From: Trichoplax sp. H2
Taxonomy: Eukaryota
Assembly: GCA_003344405.1 (NCBI GenBank)
Contig: NOWV01000002.1
Span: forward strand, 1,302,001 to 1,366,000
Length of the DNA stretch: 64,000 nt
Direction of reading: 5' to 3'
Both the position numbers and the translations under genes were made by a program. The notes under the pieces are model-generated. The model saw only the letters and a list, made by a program, of their open reading frames with translations, made no database searches and was not told the origin of the DNA. Below are positions 1-14,500 of this stretch, piece after piece; within the stretch, counting starts at the first letter, position 1, and each line of letters starts with the position of its first letter.

Positions 1-2593
1 GCATTATGTATTCATGTTAATGTCAATAATGACTGAACGATGTGACAGCTAATTAGATCGGAACTTGATTAAGATTTTTTCTCTTAAGTAAGGCTATAGA
101 TTAATTATTTTTTATTTACATTTTATGATAAAATCTTCATAGGCCAAGTTCATGCTTGTTATTCGTTTTGTTTTCCTAATAAAGTTCCTATCCCGATTTA
201 CATGTTTATTGTTCAAGATTTCTTTACTACAATGAATTCTTTTCCATTTATCCATCTCCATTTAGATGAAATTATTTATCTACGGTTTATTTTGAGAATC
301 AGGAGGGAAAATTACTTTGATATGACCGTCAATTTTTATACGGTATACACTATGCACATTACCATCATCAGCGATCTAGTGTTTATTTACGGGTTAAATT
401 TATGCGTATAAATCACCTGAGTGAGAAAGAAATATTATATTTTATGGGATAGATCAAGTGAGATCCTTATTTGATTGGCCTTCAAAAATATACACACCTT
501 CCTGGACTATTGTATTATACGTAGTAAATTTTACTTTCGCGTCACCCAAGCTTAACCAGTATTATCATTTTTTAATATAAAGTTATACTATGGTCAGGCA
601 AAGTCTTATCTAATAAAATCGACAAAGCAAAGAATATCGAGATTTATTGCATGTTCAGTGTTGTATCTCTTTTTATATTAAACGCTTTCTGGAAGAATTT
701 TATCTAATTTTGCATGACATCTTGTCACCGTTAAGTTAATTCAGTTTCAGTATACTGCAAAGTCATAGTTTGATTATGTAGGCATTAAATAATGAAGTGA
801 TAACTTTTCAATCTCACGTCGTGAAGTATCTGCTATAAAGGCAAGTTGAAGATGTATTATGGAATTATAGTATTTGTCACTTTTATTAATAACTCCTTTC
901 TGGTTTTCCTTATTGAAAAGGAATTAAGATTAAAAGCTGGCAATAAACGTGAAATGATCGATATATTTTTCAACGATAACTTACCTTAAAGCTGCCTAAA
1001 TGTTTACGTTCTATTAATTTAAATGTTCGATTAGAGGGAATATAATCTTAAAGTTAGTGCAAATAGTGCATTATTATTAACTAGTCAGGATATGTATCTA
1101 TAACAGATACCTTAATGGGTTTTCCTGAGAGTTTTATAATGCTCTCATAGTAATATAAGATAGAAGCTAAGATATGTGTACCAGTGTAGTGGACTAGGCA
1201 GAATAAAATGTTTTAGAGAACAGTAACTGATGATGAAGCAGCTCAAGTGCAGCATGCTTAATTTTGGAATTTCATGAAATATGAGCCTTAATTACAGTAG
1301 CTGCAAGGACGCTACAAACGGTAATTTATTTTAACTAGAATGTAGATTTGAACAAGTTATTATTACTATCAATTTACGGGTTTATTACTGAGGATAATAC
1401 GATGTTTTACTGCGATCGTAGGTTTATAGCTCCTGTATATTCTATGTAGCGGCAGATAATTATATTAACGTGTTCATCAGTGCTCAGCAGCAAATAAAAA
1501 TTAAAGTCAGCTTTTAATGTCGTTCAGTAAGAGTGGGATATTTATAGCGAAGGCCTTGCTTTAATAACTTACCAAGATACTTCTAAAAGATCTAATCAAG
1601 AATGAATAATGTCACCTAAAGTGAATATCTGGAGGTAAAATTTTAACAGCTTTACTATGGAAAAATAAAACTCCTGAAATTATTTTCCATGCTTTTTCGC
1701 ATCACTACAATAAGTACTAGATACAAATATGATTTCTTCCCTGAAAAAAACTAGCTTGGTAGCTGGCTTGACTTTTCATAGAAATGATTTTTTACTAGAA
1801 TTTTACTCTGAGCGAAATAATTAAAAATGCATTTCGCTATGGCTAATTATTTATCCGTTGAAATTCGTGACTTGGTATCTACAAGTAATGGAGTAAATTG
1901 ATAATTTCGGACCATATTTATTATTGATTTATCTTTAAATAAAAAATTTGTTTGAAATTTAAGAGTAAATTTTGAATTCTGTAGAAAGTTTAAGCAACTT
2001 ATCCGAAACTTTACACTATTCAGTACACATTAACGCATACTAAAAATATTAGTCTGCTTCCTTTAGGATAAGAACACATAAAAATTTTGTCCTAAGGGGT
2101 TCTGGAAGCATTATTTTATTATGGTAGCTAAATACGAATTCAATACTTTATTTTGAGACATTGGAATATTTTAATATATTCGTTATTTTCACCATCATTC
2201 ATAATTACTTATATTTGATAAATTCGAAAGATAGAATATTAGAGCTGCATACAAAAGTATAGGTATGCTGGTTTTATTAACTACTGTATCCGTTACCAAG
2301 ACATGTAAGAACTGAATCCTAAATTTATACTTAATAATATGTTGGCAAAGTATTTAACTATGAATCAAAAATTATTTGCTATGATATATCAATAGAATAG
2401 GATAAAAAGTTGCTCTAAAATTAAAACTACATAGAGTTCATGCGCATAAGCATGCAGATATAAATAAAATAAATTAAAAATAGAAAATATTCAATCATTA
2501 ATCCTAGGTAGTTTATGGAAATTTTTGTACCCTTTGCTATTCGTTTCCAGGAAAAAAGTATAAGATTCCATTCGAACTATGAAATTACCATTT

Positions 2594-5500
2594 TTAGATT
2601 TTAGAAAAATTTGTCGCGTAAATTACGGATGATGGTGTAATATCTCCGATAGATGTACAACCTGAAATTATCATTAAAATTCAATAGTTTAATCGGTGTA
2701 TTGCATTTAGGTAGTAAGTACGTACGTAAGAAAGTATTATCAGTTATATATTTAAATAAATGTTGAATTATAATTATCAAAACTACTGAATAAGCAAATG
2801 CTTATTTGTCTATTTCAAAGCTTTCGTAAACTTTGAGATTTTACGTGAATCTTGCTATAGATTTAAAGAGTAATACTATTCACCATTAACTGAAAGATTT
2901 TATAAATAATTCCCCACAAGTTTTATAGAGTATTGTCTCCAGTAGTAGCAAATTGCCCATACTTTGCAATGTATACCTCCAGGATAATTAGCATAGGAAG
3001 CCTTCCTACTTTGTTAGATCATAGCTAGTTATTCGATAATTTAATTCTTTAGATCAGAATATTTTAATGTATTATCTAGCTTGTAATCTTCATAGCAATT
3101 CGAGGGTACGTTACAACTGCTAAATACGTATAAGGGAGGTGTTCATATTCTATCTGATGTAGTAACGTTATCCAACATATTAATTGCAATTATCACTTAA
3201 GAAGTGTCTCATTTCCTGTAATTGTTTAATAACTAACCTGCCAGCTGCATAGTTCTCTGGAGCTCTTCTTTTAGCAGTTGTAAAACTTTTTTCACGCCGT
3301 CAGAGCCCTACAATGAGTTAGAGTAACTAAAACTTACATGAATTGATTACAGGAATATAAAATTGCTTAGATTGCAACATGGATAGATCTGTCAAGAGGA
3401 TTGGCGTCTTCGACTTGGCTAATGGCTACACTAGCACAATGCAAAATAATTGACCGTTCTACTATCCTTAAGTTAGTTAATGTTAAAGTCACAATATTCG
3501 GACGCTACAAATATTCATAGGTAATTATTAACAACAATTCCGACATAGTGCAGGACTTAATTCTATTAATGATGTTGTTGGAGATGAGATAGTTATTTCA
3601 TCTAGTAAACAAAGTAATTTATAGGATTAATAGATACATTTTACTGTCTTACGTTGTAGCAAAGACCCCATAATATCGGTCTGCCAATGAAAACAGCTCG
3701 AGCACCTAGTGCAAGTGCCTTAAATACATCGGTCCCGAGACGAAAACCTCCATCGACATAAATTTCTGCTTGTTCTTTAACTGCTTCGACAATTTCAGGA
3801 AGAACTTCAATCTAATCGCACATGTATTAATATTTAGGTTGTATGATTTATAATGTTAATAACGTATTTGAATCAGATAAACAAAATTCTAAGTTAAATA
3901 GAAAGATTTTGTAAGTTTTGGAAGGTATTTTACATACTGCAGTAGGGACGCCATCTAATTGTCGACCTCCATGATTTGAAATCCAGATAGCCTTGATGCC
4001 TCTCCTAATAGCTTCGCTAGCATCTTCAGCGGTTAGTATGCCCTTAACAATAACCTGTAGCGAAGTTATAGTTTGCAGCCAGCTTATGGATTCCCAGGTG
4101 ATTGAACCGTCAATTTGCATTTGGTAATTGTTGCTCCATCCGCTATTCTCGACCTCAGTATCCACACCTTTGAATGAATTTGATGAAAAATTGGCAAGAT
4201 GCAAATGCGGAGGTAAATCAAATCTAAGAAAAGGAGAAATAATTATAAGCTTGTAGTATGGACTACCGGTACTAAATAAGGACCTGGATAGTTGTAGTTA
4301 GCGTTGATTACGATTGTTTACAGTGCTTCTTTTGAAGTACATTCAATCCTTATGTTATCACTAGTTAGAAACCATATGATATAGGGCTTAATTAATAATG
4401 CATAAAATCTGGTCATAACATTATTATAAATCGCTAACCCTTGTCTTATTTCTTTTCTTCTATTACCAGCCACAGGCACATCTACTGTTACTACTAAAGC
4501 TTTAAATCCAGATCTTTCAGCTCTGTGAACAAAATTTCGTGTCAATTCGCGATCTGGAGAAACGTAAAGTTGGAACCATCTTAGTCCGTCTCCTGAAGCA
4601 ACCCCAACGTCCTCGATTGAAGTAGTGCTATATGTACTTAGGGTCATGCAGCTTTTCATAAATTTAGCAGCTATACCGTTAAAATAGAAGAACTTTTAGT
4701 TAATAGCGTAGAGTATGTCCTACAACTAATTCTGTTGTAATCATTAAATCATGATATGACAAATTATAATCCAGTGCTATGGATAAATTTTAAGTTATTA
4801 GTATGCATGTGATGCGTAAATCGATTAAAGAAGGATTGGTAGTAACAAGTCTATAGAGTGTTGACCAGTAATATGCAAGAGTTTATTATAATTTAGAGGC
4901 GGCTATAAATTCTTTTTAACCTTGAGCTGTTGCAATTTCACCATCCGGATGAGCTAGCTTTTGCATGGCAGTAGGTGATATTCCAATTGGCATTTCAATC
5001 TTTCGACCAAGAATTGTGGTAGATAAATCCACGTTCGTTACATCGATCAGCATTCGAGGTCTGATTCGAATTCTTTCGTTATGATTGTTTAAGAGAAAGA
5101 AAAGGATTATGATCATCAATTTAAGGCGATAGGGCAATAGTCACAAATTGATTACAGATTATTTGGAAAGATATATCTCAATAATGCTATCTAAATGAAT
5201 AATAGTAATAGCCGTAGACTCCATTATCTACATACGCATAAGTCTTACGATTAATTATCAATATAATTATTAGAACTAATAGATGTCAAGTAAAGCTTTC
5301 TATAGCCTACGATCTACTGTACTTTCAAATTATTCCAGGCATTCAAATCAGATTGTGACGGAGATAATACCGTTGTGAATGATATTAAAGTGCTGATGGG
5401 ACATGATGCAACAGATTATACTTCCCATAGTAAAAATCTTAAAACTTTAAAAGCAAGAATTACAACAGCAAATGATCGAATAAATTATACGTGCAAGAGA

Positions 5501-6004
5501 ATTAGGCCTTCCTACAGCATGGCTGTGTCAGTTTAAGTAAAAATTTAGCAGAATGTTGATGTACAGTATACACTATTCGAACATCTTTCGTGATTATTTC
5601 CATTAATTTTACGTATTATTGCTGCTAAAAATTAAATATAGATATTTTAAGGCAACTTTGCTTCCATTTGCTTTAGATATAATTGCTGCTAAGGATCAAA
5701 TACAGGAAAATAACTTGATTGCAACTTGAGGACAAGAATGAATGAATAGTAAATCTCATTGACTAGTAAGATAGGATGACGAAGTAGGCCAGTCTAGTTA
5801 GAATTGTAACTTGATTCAATTCTGGTATAAAGAGAAATTATCTTAAATACACTGTTTAGACAAAAATATCTACCTTTTGAATATTTCAACGTTATCTCGT
5901 AGTGTTTCCTCATCATCTGCTCCAACATTATAATAACTTAAAGCATTCTTACTTAAATTTTCGCTTGCAAACTGTTCAATGTCTCGAATGCATAGCGGTT
6001 GCAT
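2594..6004 (-). CDS. HAO: FMN-dependent 2-hydroxyacid oxidase (HAO1/HAO2, glycolate oxidase family), 7 exons, peroxisomal
   Basis: Exons 5874-6004, 4921-5072, 4439-4670, 3938-4223, 3653-3811, 3238-3307 and 2594-2661 join in frame via GT-AG. The protein starts [28 protein letters not shown] and contains [56 protein letters not shown] and GRPILWGL. It ends NFSKI*, a PTS1-like tripeptide. Confidence 0.95.
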
Positions 6005-8527
6005 TTCGTGTAGCTAAGAACGGATAATATAATGGTTTATTATACGTATTGATCAAATAGCTATATAAGTATTTTTGTAATCGAATATAGTCGTTTATAT
6101 CCTTCTCTGGCCGGTTTAAACGTAAAAGTCAAGTTATATCTTGGCAATTAGTCCCAATTTTGTTATTTAATTGCAGTCACTACGCCCTTAACTTTCGAGG
6201 GCGTTTACCAGGTCTAAAAGCAGCATATGGTACTTAAGCTGATATGGAGTCATAGTACAATTAATCGTGTTAGAACACTCCTATAGCCAGTTTAAACATC
6301 CTTTCTACTTCGGACAGATGGCCATCAACGACGCAGCAGATTTATTCATAATATGGAGACCCAAACGTGACCTGAGATAACAGGATACAAATAAGCAATC
6401 GTCGAGGAATGCTGGTATAAATCAGAATTCTTCCAAGCCATCCGCTAACACAACATAATATTTCAATCAAGAAAACTAGTTCAATAAAAATTTCTTTCTT
6501 TCCGAAATACTATACATATATATTTTTAAAGCTTGTATAATTTATTGATTGTAAATTACAATCGACCATTTTACAAGGATAAATTTTTAATTTTCTGGCA
6601 AAGTCCTATTCTATCGTTTTATGTTATTACAAACTACCTAATTTTTATCCCAGAAACTGACAAAGTAAAAATATACTATTTCATTTCGAAATGTATGGAT
6701 AACTTTAATACTTGTATAAATTCAACTGGTGGTAAATTATATTATAATCTACTAATTCACAAAAATTAATTTTTAATTTTCTCGGAAAATGCTATTTTAT
6801 CGTACAATTTTTTGGAAAATTGCATAGTGATATGTAGAGGAAGGATGAGTGGAAGTTATCTATTTTTTCCTGAAAATAAAATTTGTAGTAGTTAAAATTC
6901 ACTACTTGCAGAATGTCATCTATGATAAGAATGAATTATGTAATTATGAATTTCATTGGAATGGTCCTATATTTGTTGTAAATAGTGTTAGATATTACGA
7001 TATAGGTTACATTAGCTATTAGATAGAGCGTTAAGTATATGATTAGAATATCATCTATATAAGTACTTATAATATGAAGACTTGTATGTAGTCTTGCAGT
7101 ACCGTACATGATTATATTGTAAAAGGAGGACTGATAATTTATTATAGATAACCATTTGCATATGTTGTAAAGTAAACGATAGCTGCAATAGTTAGTAATT
7201 AGATGTATGTGTAAAATGCCAGGACGCAAAAAGGCAAAAGGTGTAAGCTGGAATATCTATAAATACCCAGCATTTTTTAATAATGAAGTTGGTTACAAAT
7301 CTTACTTGCGGAGTAGAACTCATTGCATAAAAACATAACAATATTCACAGTAGATTTAAGTGTATTTTTTGGTAGGTATGAAGGAAAACATGAGAGATCC
7401 CTAGTGTTAGGCGATTCCTATCGGAGTGAATACGTGATAATTCAGGTTCGATACTATCTTTCTTGTAAATTAGTAATGGGACAATCTCAGTTTATTGTGC
7501 TTTCAGAGTACGTTAAAGAATGAAGTTATCGCAAAATCTGGAAATTGGTAATGGTTAAAGAAATTATTACACAAGGAATTTACAATCATGCTAGTAGTAT
7601 TACTTTTCTTAAAATTTATTTAAGAAGATTATAACAGAGCATTACAAGTCAGTAATCTGAGTCTATATTTTGCACGTCCAGTACAACAGTAGTAGAAGTT
7701 AAGAAAGATTAAATAATCATATAGTCTCAATATGATCTACTAAAAATGAACTGATTGTAGACATAGAATTTTGCAATGCCGAATGAGCACTTTGTAATGT
7801 TGTTTCTGTAACAGCAGATATCGTTTCAATACATGGATCAACTCTATGTTATTTTTACAAGTATGATTGAAAATTTTGAATCATATCGTTTACGCACTGT
7901 TATTTACGCCATTAAATGAATTAAAATGCCTAACATTTGATACCAGAAAAGAAATACTCCGAATTGAAATTAAGAAAAACAAAACATTTTGTCATAGACA
8001 TCTGGTAAAGCTTTATCAAATCATATAACATACTACGGTTTGGTTTTATACATAGTTTAATAAATAATTTTAATACCAATAGTCATAGCTACGGCTGGTA
8101 GATTTAGCTCTTAAAATTAAATGCTTTGTTTAATTATAATCATTTTTGTAATAAAAACGCTTACTGTGCTAAATCTTGAGCAAGCAATACTAAAATTATA
8201 CTGGTATAACAGATTATAGATCTTAAGACAGTCATTACCAATTACTAAATTTTTGTTAAATGTAAGGTGATCCATATGTCATGGACATTTATATGCAATA
8301 AAGACGTTTACAAATTCAGTATAATTGCATTGTTGTGGATTCAATCAATATTCATTATGGAGTCACGATTTGTAAGTCTATAGTGCGACATAAAGAATTA
8401 CGAAATTGACCATTTTTAACGAGCTTATTTGATATGCAGTTTATTGAAAGTGATTAAAACATAAAGTTATCTTGCAGAATGAGAATCATAATATTTTTAT
8501 TTTATAATACAGATCAGGTTCCATGTC

Positions 8528-11500
8528 TTATTTTGTAATGCTGAATAATTTCTCTAAAGTGTTTGTCTTCGTTTTCGAGATATCCACCTGAAAGAATTAG
8601 AAAAATACAGTAAATTTCATATCGAAACATTGAAAGTACAGTAACGTGAAACAAATTTTTAAAAGCACTGAGATTTTTTATAATTAACGACAGAGATTTT
8701 TTTACTCGAAGCTAGCAAGGAGTAGTAAGGTTTACATAGCACTAATACTATGTAAAAATCGGTTAAATTCGAAAATTTATACGGAATAAAAATAATTCGT
8801 AAATTCAAAAGTATAAGCTTTATGAGGCTTGTTTCCTGACCTGACTTGGACTTTTGTTATAGATTAATGCCAGCTGGTCTTCCAATAGTTTAATTTTTAG
8901 TTTTAATCTTTGCTTTGCACGATCATAGGCGTTGATAAGTTCGTGATTAGATCTTTTTAAATCTTCTATCAATTCGTCATTATACTGATATTTCGTTTCA
9001 GTTAATAATTTAATTTGCTTTAAAGATTTTTTGAATTCATTTAAAGTAATTACATTTGCTTGACTAAGTTCGTCTTCTGGTGAGCGTGTTGTTCGCTTAA
9101 CAAATTCATAAATATATTATATTAGAATTCAAGTCTTATATGATATTTCATGTCCGTTAATCTTTCAACTTACCCTTCTGTGTTGTTTTTCTCTCGTTGT
9201 TGGGTTTGCAATTTGAAAAGAATTATTGCTTTCATCGATTACGATGACTCCACTATCCAAGCTTCGATCATTACTTCTATACGAAGTATCGGAACTGGAT
9301 GTGAGAAGTTGTTCCAACTTCAGATTATGGACGTAGTCTTTTTCACGATAGATCTCCAAAGTCAGTTGTAAAATTTTCTTTTCTTTCTCTAATATATTAG
9401 TTTTGTATTTTAAATTAATTATGTCTTCTTTTCTTGTTACGTGATCCAGCAAATGTACAGCAGTATCAATATCTAAGAGATCATGTTGCTTTAGCTTATT
9501 TGATAGAGTGCTCAAGATACCCTCCATAGATATTTGCTCTACATTAGGCGGTACTACTCTAAGCGTTGTCCTTTTATCGATTAATTTTCTAGCATATGAT
9601 TTCAACCTCTTCTGATCATCCATACTCAACGTATTATTGAATACCGCTGAATTTTCATTCGACAATTGACTAACCGATGTAGTCTTACTATCACTAACAG
9701 CGTTGAAATCTTTCAGTAGAACTATAGCTGCGTCTTCGATGTTTCGTCTTCTGTCCACCCAGTGCTGCAAGTAATCACTGCTTTTATCTAAATTATAGTA
9801 AGATCTTATTCTATCTGATGAAGTTAACATGCTAGATTTGATGCCTAACGATCTACATTGGGATAACATGATGCGCAGATCACATTCAAATAATGAGGCT
9901 AGAAGTTCGTAGATTTCTAAAGATCTGTCTGTGTACTCTAACGCCGATCTCAGAATTGCACAGTTTGATTCGTATTTTCCATTAAGTACGGTCAAAGCAC
10001 TTGCAATTTCTTTACACTCTTCAATGGCCAAGAGTAAAGCGTTGTTATCAGCCGTTAATTCATCGATTTTTGTAGTTAAGGACGTATGATCAGATACTGC
10101 TTGCTGCATCTTGGCTTTAACAACGTTATCGACGTAATCCATTAGGCCATGAAATAATTCCTCGTAGTTAGTGCAACGGTGAATTATTAATAGTAATTCT
10201 TTATAATGCAATTGCGAAAAATATTCCTGTGTGATAACATGATAGAATTTGTTTAGCTAAAACCACATGGTAGTAAAATAATACTAAATTAAATGTTTAA
10301 ACTTAGAGTAATAAGTAAAGTATGAAGTAGAAATATACGTAGTACAGTATTTTGATGATCTTGTTTGCAGTAATCGATATTTTAAATTCTGTTAAACGTA
10401 GACATTGTATTGTTAATGAGAAATTTTTCAGTCGACTTAACTACAGAGCCTATACAATATTAGCACTCTACAAAAGTCAGACTTGTTACCTCGATACTTT
10501 CATTGTCATTATCCAAATTATTCGATTTAGTGTTGCTTGATGCACTTAAATAACTGGAATCCAGTTCAGAAGGCTGAAATCTTTTGAGAACCATTTCGTT
10601 TATAAAACCATGCATTGGGCTATCCTGTAACATTTTCCTTTCTTGTCGGTCATTTTGCTTAGACGTTGCATTCTCTACGTTAACGTGGTTATCTCCACCT
10701 GTAAACTGTAAATAATCGCTAAATCCAGCTGATAATCGCTTGTTTATATTGCTCGCAGCGCAATAATTTGCATCATTAGAATGAATTTCGTTCAATTGAA
10801 ATGATGGACTTTCAAGGCTATTTCTTAGCATTTCATTGGATACGTGGCCAGAATTATTTAAAGAATCCACTCTCTGGAAGATATTTCTACCATTATCTTT
10901 GCAAGCATTTTCTTGAGTGGTGAAAGTATTGGTTTCTTTTTTTCTGCTTGCAGCTATAACACTACTAGAATCTTGAGTTACGTTACCCCAATCAGGGCTA
11001 GTAGCTGTTCTCATCATTGAATTTTCACCAGTGGTTATCGACATGTCATTTTGGCTTAGATCTGACGCAATCATCTTAGAATAATGTATCTAAATCATTT
11101 TTGAAATTGGAATTATCAGAATAACCATAAAGGACATAAATAGCTTTAAACTGATTTAATCCGATTACAAGTAGCATCATGATTTCATTTTATTGATTGC
11201 TCTATAATAAGAGCTATGTAGTAAATAATTCTTCAACATACTTTCCTCTCGAGGTCTTCTTTTTCTTTTGCTAAGTCCGTATAGGATTGACGGAGATTCT
11301 TCATTGCCTGAATTACAGACATGCATAACATTAGTATTCGTATTTAAAATAAGAACAGCTTTTACTTAGGTACATGGATCAATAGGTATTTTGGTACGAT
11401 TTTTATATCTTTATAACGCCTTTTGGTAAAAAATTTGAAATAATTTCTATCGAAATTTGAAACCGTTAATACGCTCTCTAGCACGCATAAGAATTATCGC

Positions 11501-14500
11501 ATGATAACAGCTTCTTAAATGGATTAAAATACAGTATGTAATGTACAGTGATACTTACATCTATAAGTTCTGTTCTTTCCATAATTTCATAATTTAAATT
11601 TGGTGATTCTAAAGGTATGAAATAACGACAATATTTAGCAGTCCAAAAGCAATATTTAAATTAAAAATTAATTCAAGTGCATGTTACAAAGCGATGATTA
11701 GCTTCTTGAAGTGCTATGCTATCTTTTAATATTTGCGGACATAACATTACTGTATGTAGACACTATTGACAAACCTATATTATTTCGAATGTGTTGTCCG
11801 TAGTAGTAACTTGAATCTTGATGTGCCTTACCGTGCTAGAATCATGAAACATATAAAAATCTCGGGTTTACACTTTTAACAGTTAAAAAATTGTGAGTAA
11901 TTTTATCAAGTTGTTAACGCACAAAGTCTCAGCATGTGTTGTCCGTGCAGTACTATGCTATCGTGATAAATATATTGTGGACAGTAAATGGCATTTACTT
12001 ACGCTGTATCCCTCTTTTGATTTCATACTATCAGCCTTCTTAAATTTGTTGCTACTAGATGCATTGGTACCTGTATTAGTAACTCGGCTCAGATTAGATA
12101 AGTATGTTCCATTCTCTCTGCTAAAACTATTTATTATACCTGATAAAGGAAATAGGATAAAAAGAGAGATTTTGATTAGTTATCACCAAAAATTTAATAT
12201 AGACCAGTGCTACCAAATGATAAAATGCATGGCTTCAACAAATGATCATCTTACTTGATTCATCGTCGTAAAATTCGCTATTAATACCGTTAAGATCGTT
12301 CGTATCAACGTCATCAACGTCAGAATAATTTCTATCGGTCGTTTTCAATACTTCATTCTGCCTGGTTAACTTCCTAGATAACTCGGCAATAGTACCTTGT
12401 AATTCTGTAACGCTATGTTGCGATTCAGTCGTTAAATTCTTTAATCTTTTTTCGTAGTCAGCAATAGCAAATTGATAGCTTTCACGGACTTGTTGTAACT
12501 CTACTCTTAAATCGTCGCGCTCAAGAATAGCACGACGAAATCGATCGGTAAGAGTATTAATCTTATCATCTGCGTATTTCATCGATTGGATAGTTTCCTG
12601 CGTTGATAGGGTATAGTATCCCGTTCGGGTGATGTTTTATTATTACCATAATGTAAAAATTAAAAAAACCAAAATTATAACGTGATTATCTTTAAGCACA
12701 TGCACACGATTGTCTAGTCTCATGCTTTAGCAGATCTCAACTTTAACTGTGTGAATAGTAACAAGGAATTGCAGCATGTATTCAAGATAAATGAACTCGA
12801 TAAATATGATAATGGTCAACAAACAAATATTAATCTGAAGGAATTACCAATCTTCTATATCGATAAGTCTATCTATGAGGCTGAAAAGCATAACTATCTT
12901 CATCAAAGGTGAAGAACTACAGTACCAGCTACTGTGTAACAGCTGATATTTATTAAAAATTATGACTAATGTTTTCTCGGCCGCTAAACAAAGGTTCTTT
13001 CATTTCAAAAAGTAAGGTTATCACGTAGCGTTATAGATAATTCATATCCTGAAGACGATAACGGATGATAATTATCGTTGTAAATATCTTATCATAACGT
13101 TATTTGTTTGATTTCCTGTCCATATCTACGAATAAGTAATTCAATTTATTCAATTCTTTAACGACAAAGCTGATTTTCATATCTAGAATATTTAAATCAG
13201 TTTTGCTTTCATCAAATAGAAGTAATAGGATTGGATTTTCAGAGATGTACAATACACGTATGACCATTTTTAAATATGCTGTATATTTATTCTAACTACA
13301 GGAAGTGTGATTTGGGCTTGGAATCAAAGTCCACTTCTTTGAATAATGTAAGCGTATATGATATTCAGTACAGTATACAGACTGGTCATTACAATAAATA
13401 GGATAGGCTGGTTGCATTATGATGTGACAGATCGTCATTGGTAAAATCATTACCTATTCCGAAAAGATATCCTTGTTTATGTCAAGAAGGATTGGCTATA
13501 ATCTCAATTGACGTAAGGTACAAGTGCAAGCCTCATTTAGGACTAAAATTGGAGAGAATGACTCAAAAGGTGCAATGCAATGATAAGCGATTTCATCGAT
13601 TTTACAAGGAAAACTGAATTATGGTCACTAATGACAGATCAACCTGAAAGAACTATAAATTTTATATCCAATTACGCAGGATGCAAAATGTATATATATA
13701 ACACATAGACTACGTAAATGAACTTTCGAGGTGTCAAAATTTCACTGATTTGTTATTGTTTTTTTTACCCTTATTTTATCAAAAAATAAAGATATTAAAA
13801 AACAGCTTCGAAATTAAACATCTATTAATATAAATTCATCACTGATATTGAAATTAAAACGTACAGTATAAAGAATGATTTAATCTTAGCCCTGGGCTAT
13901 TCTTATAATTTATGATTATTTCATATCCAACGTTAATATCACCGTTCATTTGTGCAATATTCACAAGAAATTAGCTTAAAGGCTTGTGATTGTTATTCTA
14001 GTAAGACTCACCAACAACTGGCAATCGAATTCATCATCGACGACCAAATTTAAGCATTCTTCCTGATTTGCTTTTAAGGGCATTATTTTTGTTGATGAAT
14101 TGCAGTTCGTGGAAACTTTATTAAGACGTCGATAAGATGTTTTGTCCATTTTATCACTTGCGTCATTACATCCATTGCCCAGGCTATAGTTGCAGGCAAA
14201 AGATAGGCAAACAGATTAGTCGGTAGTTTAAACATCGCTAGTAACGCTGGTTAAATACCGTCACGTAGTAATAACATACTTTCAAAATATGGCTTGAACC
14301 GTTAGACGTTACAAATTACAGTACTGTTAATTTATGTTAATGTTAATGAAAGACTATCTTCGATCGTAAAATACTACGGTAAATATCAAGATCAAGATAA
14401 GTTTGCTTTGACGTAGAGCAATTACCGAAAATCTATAGATCATCTGAACACGGTTGAAGATGGGCATTTTTTTAAGCGTAGTTTATATTACTGTACCTAT

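Noticed and set aside
202..2500. ORF 202-411 and exon-like bits near 1217-1320
   Set aside because: Low-complexity AT-rich translations with no recognisable motif and no consistent splice chain.
6533..7523. Short ORFs between HAO and MCC
   Set aside because: Ile/Tyr/Asn-rich composition typical of chance ORFs in AT-rich DNA.
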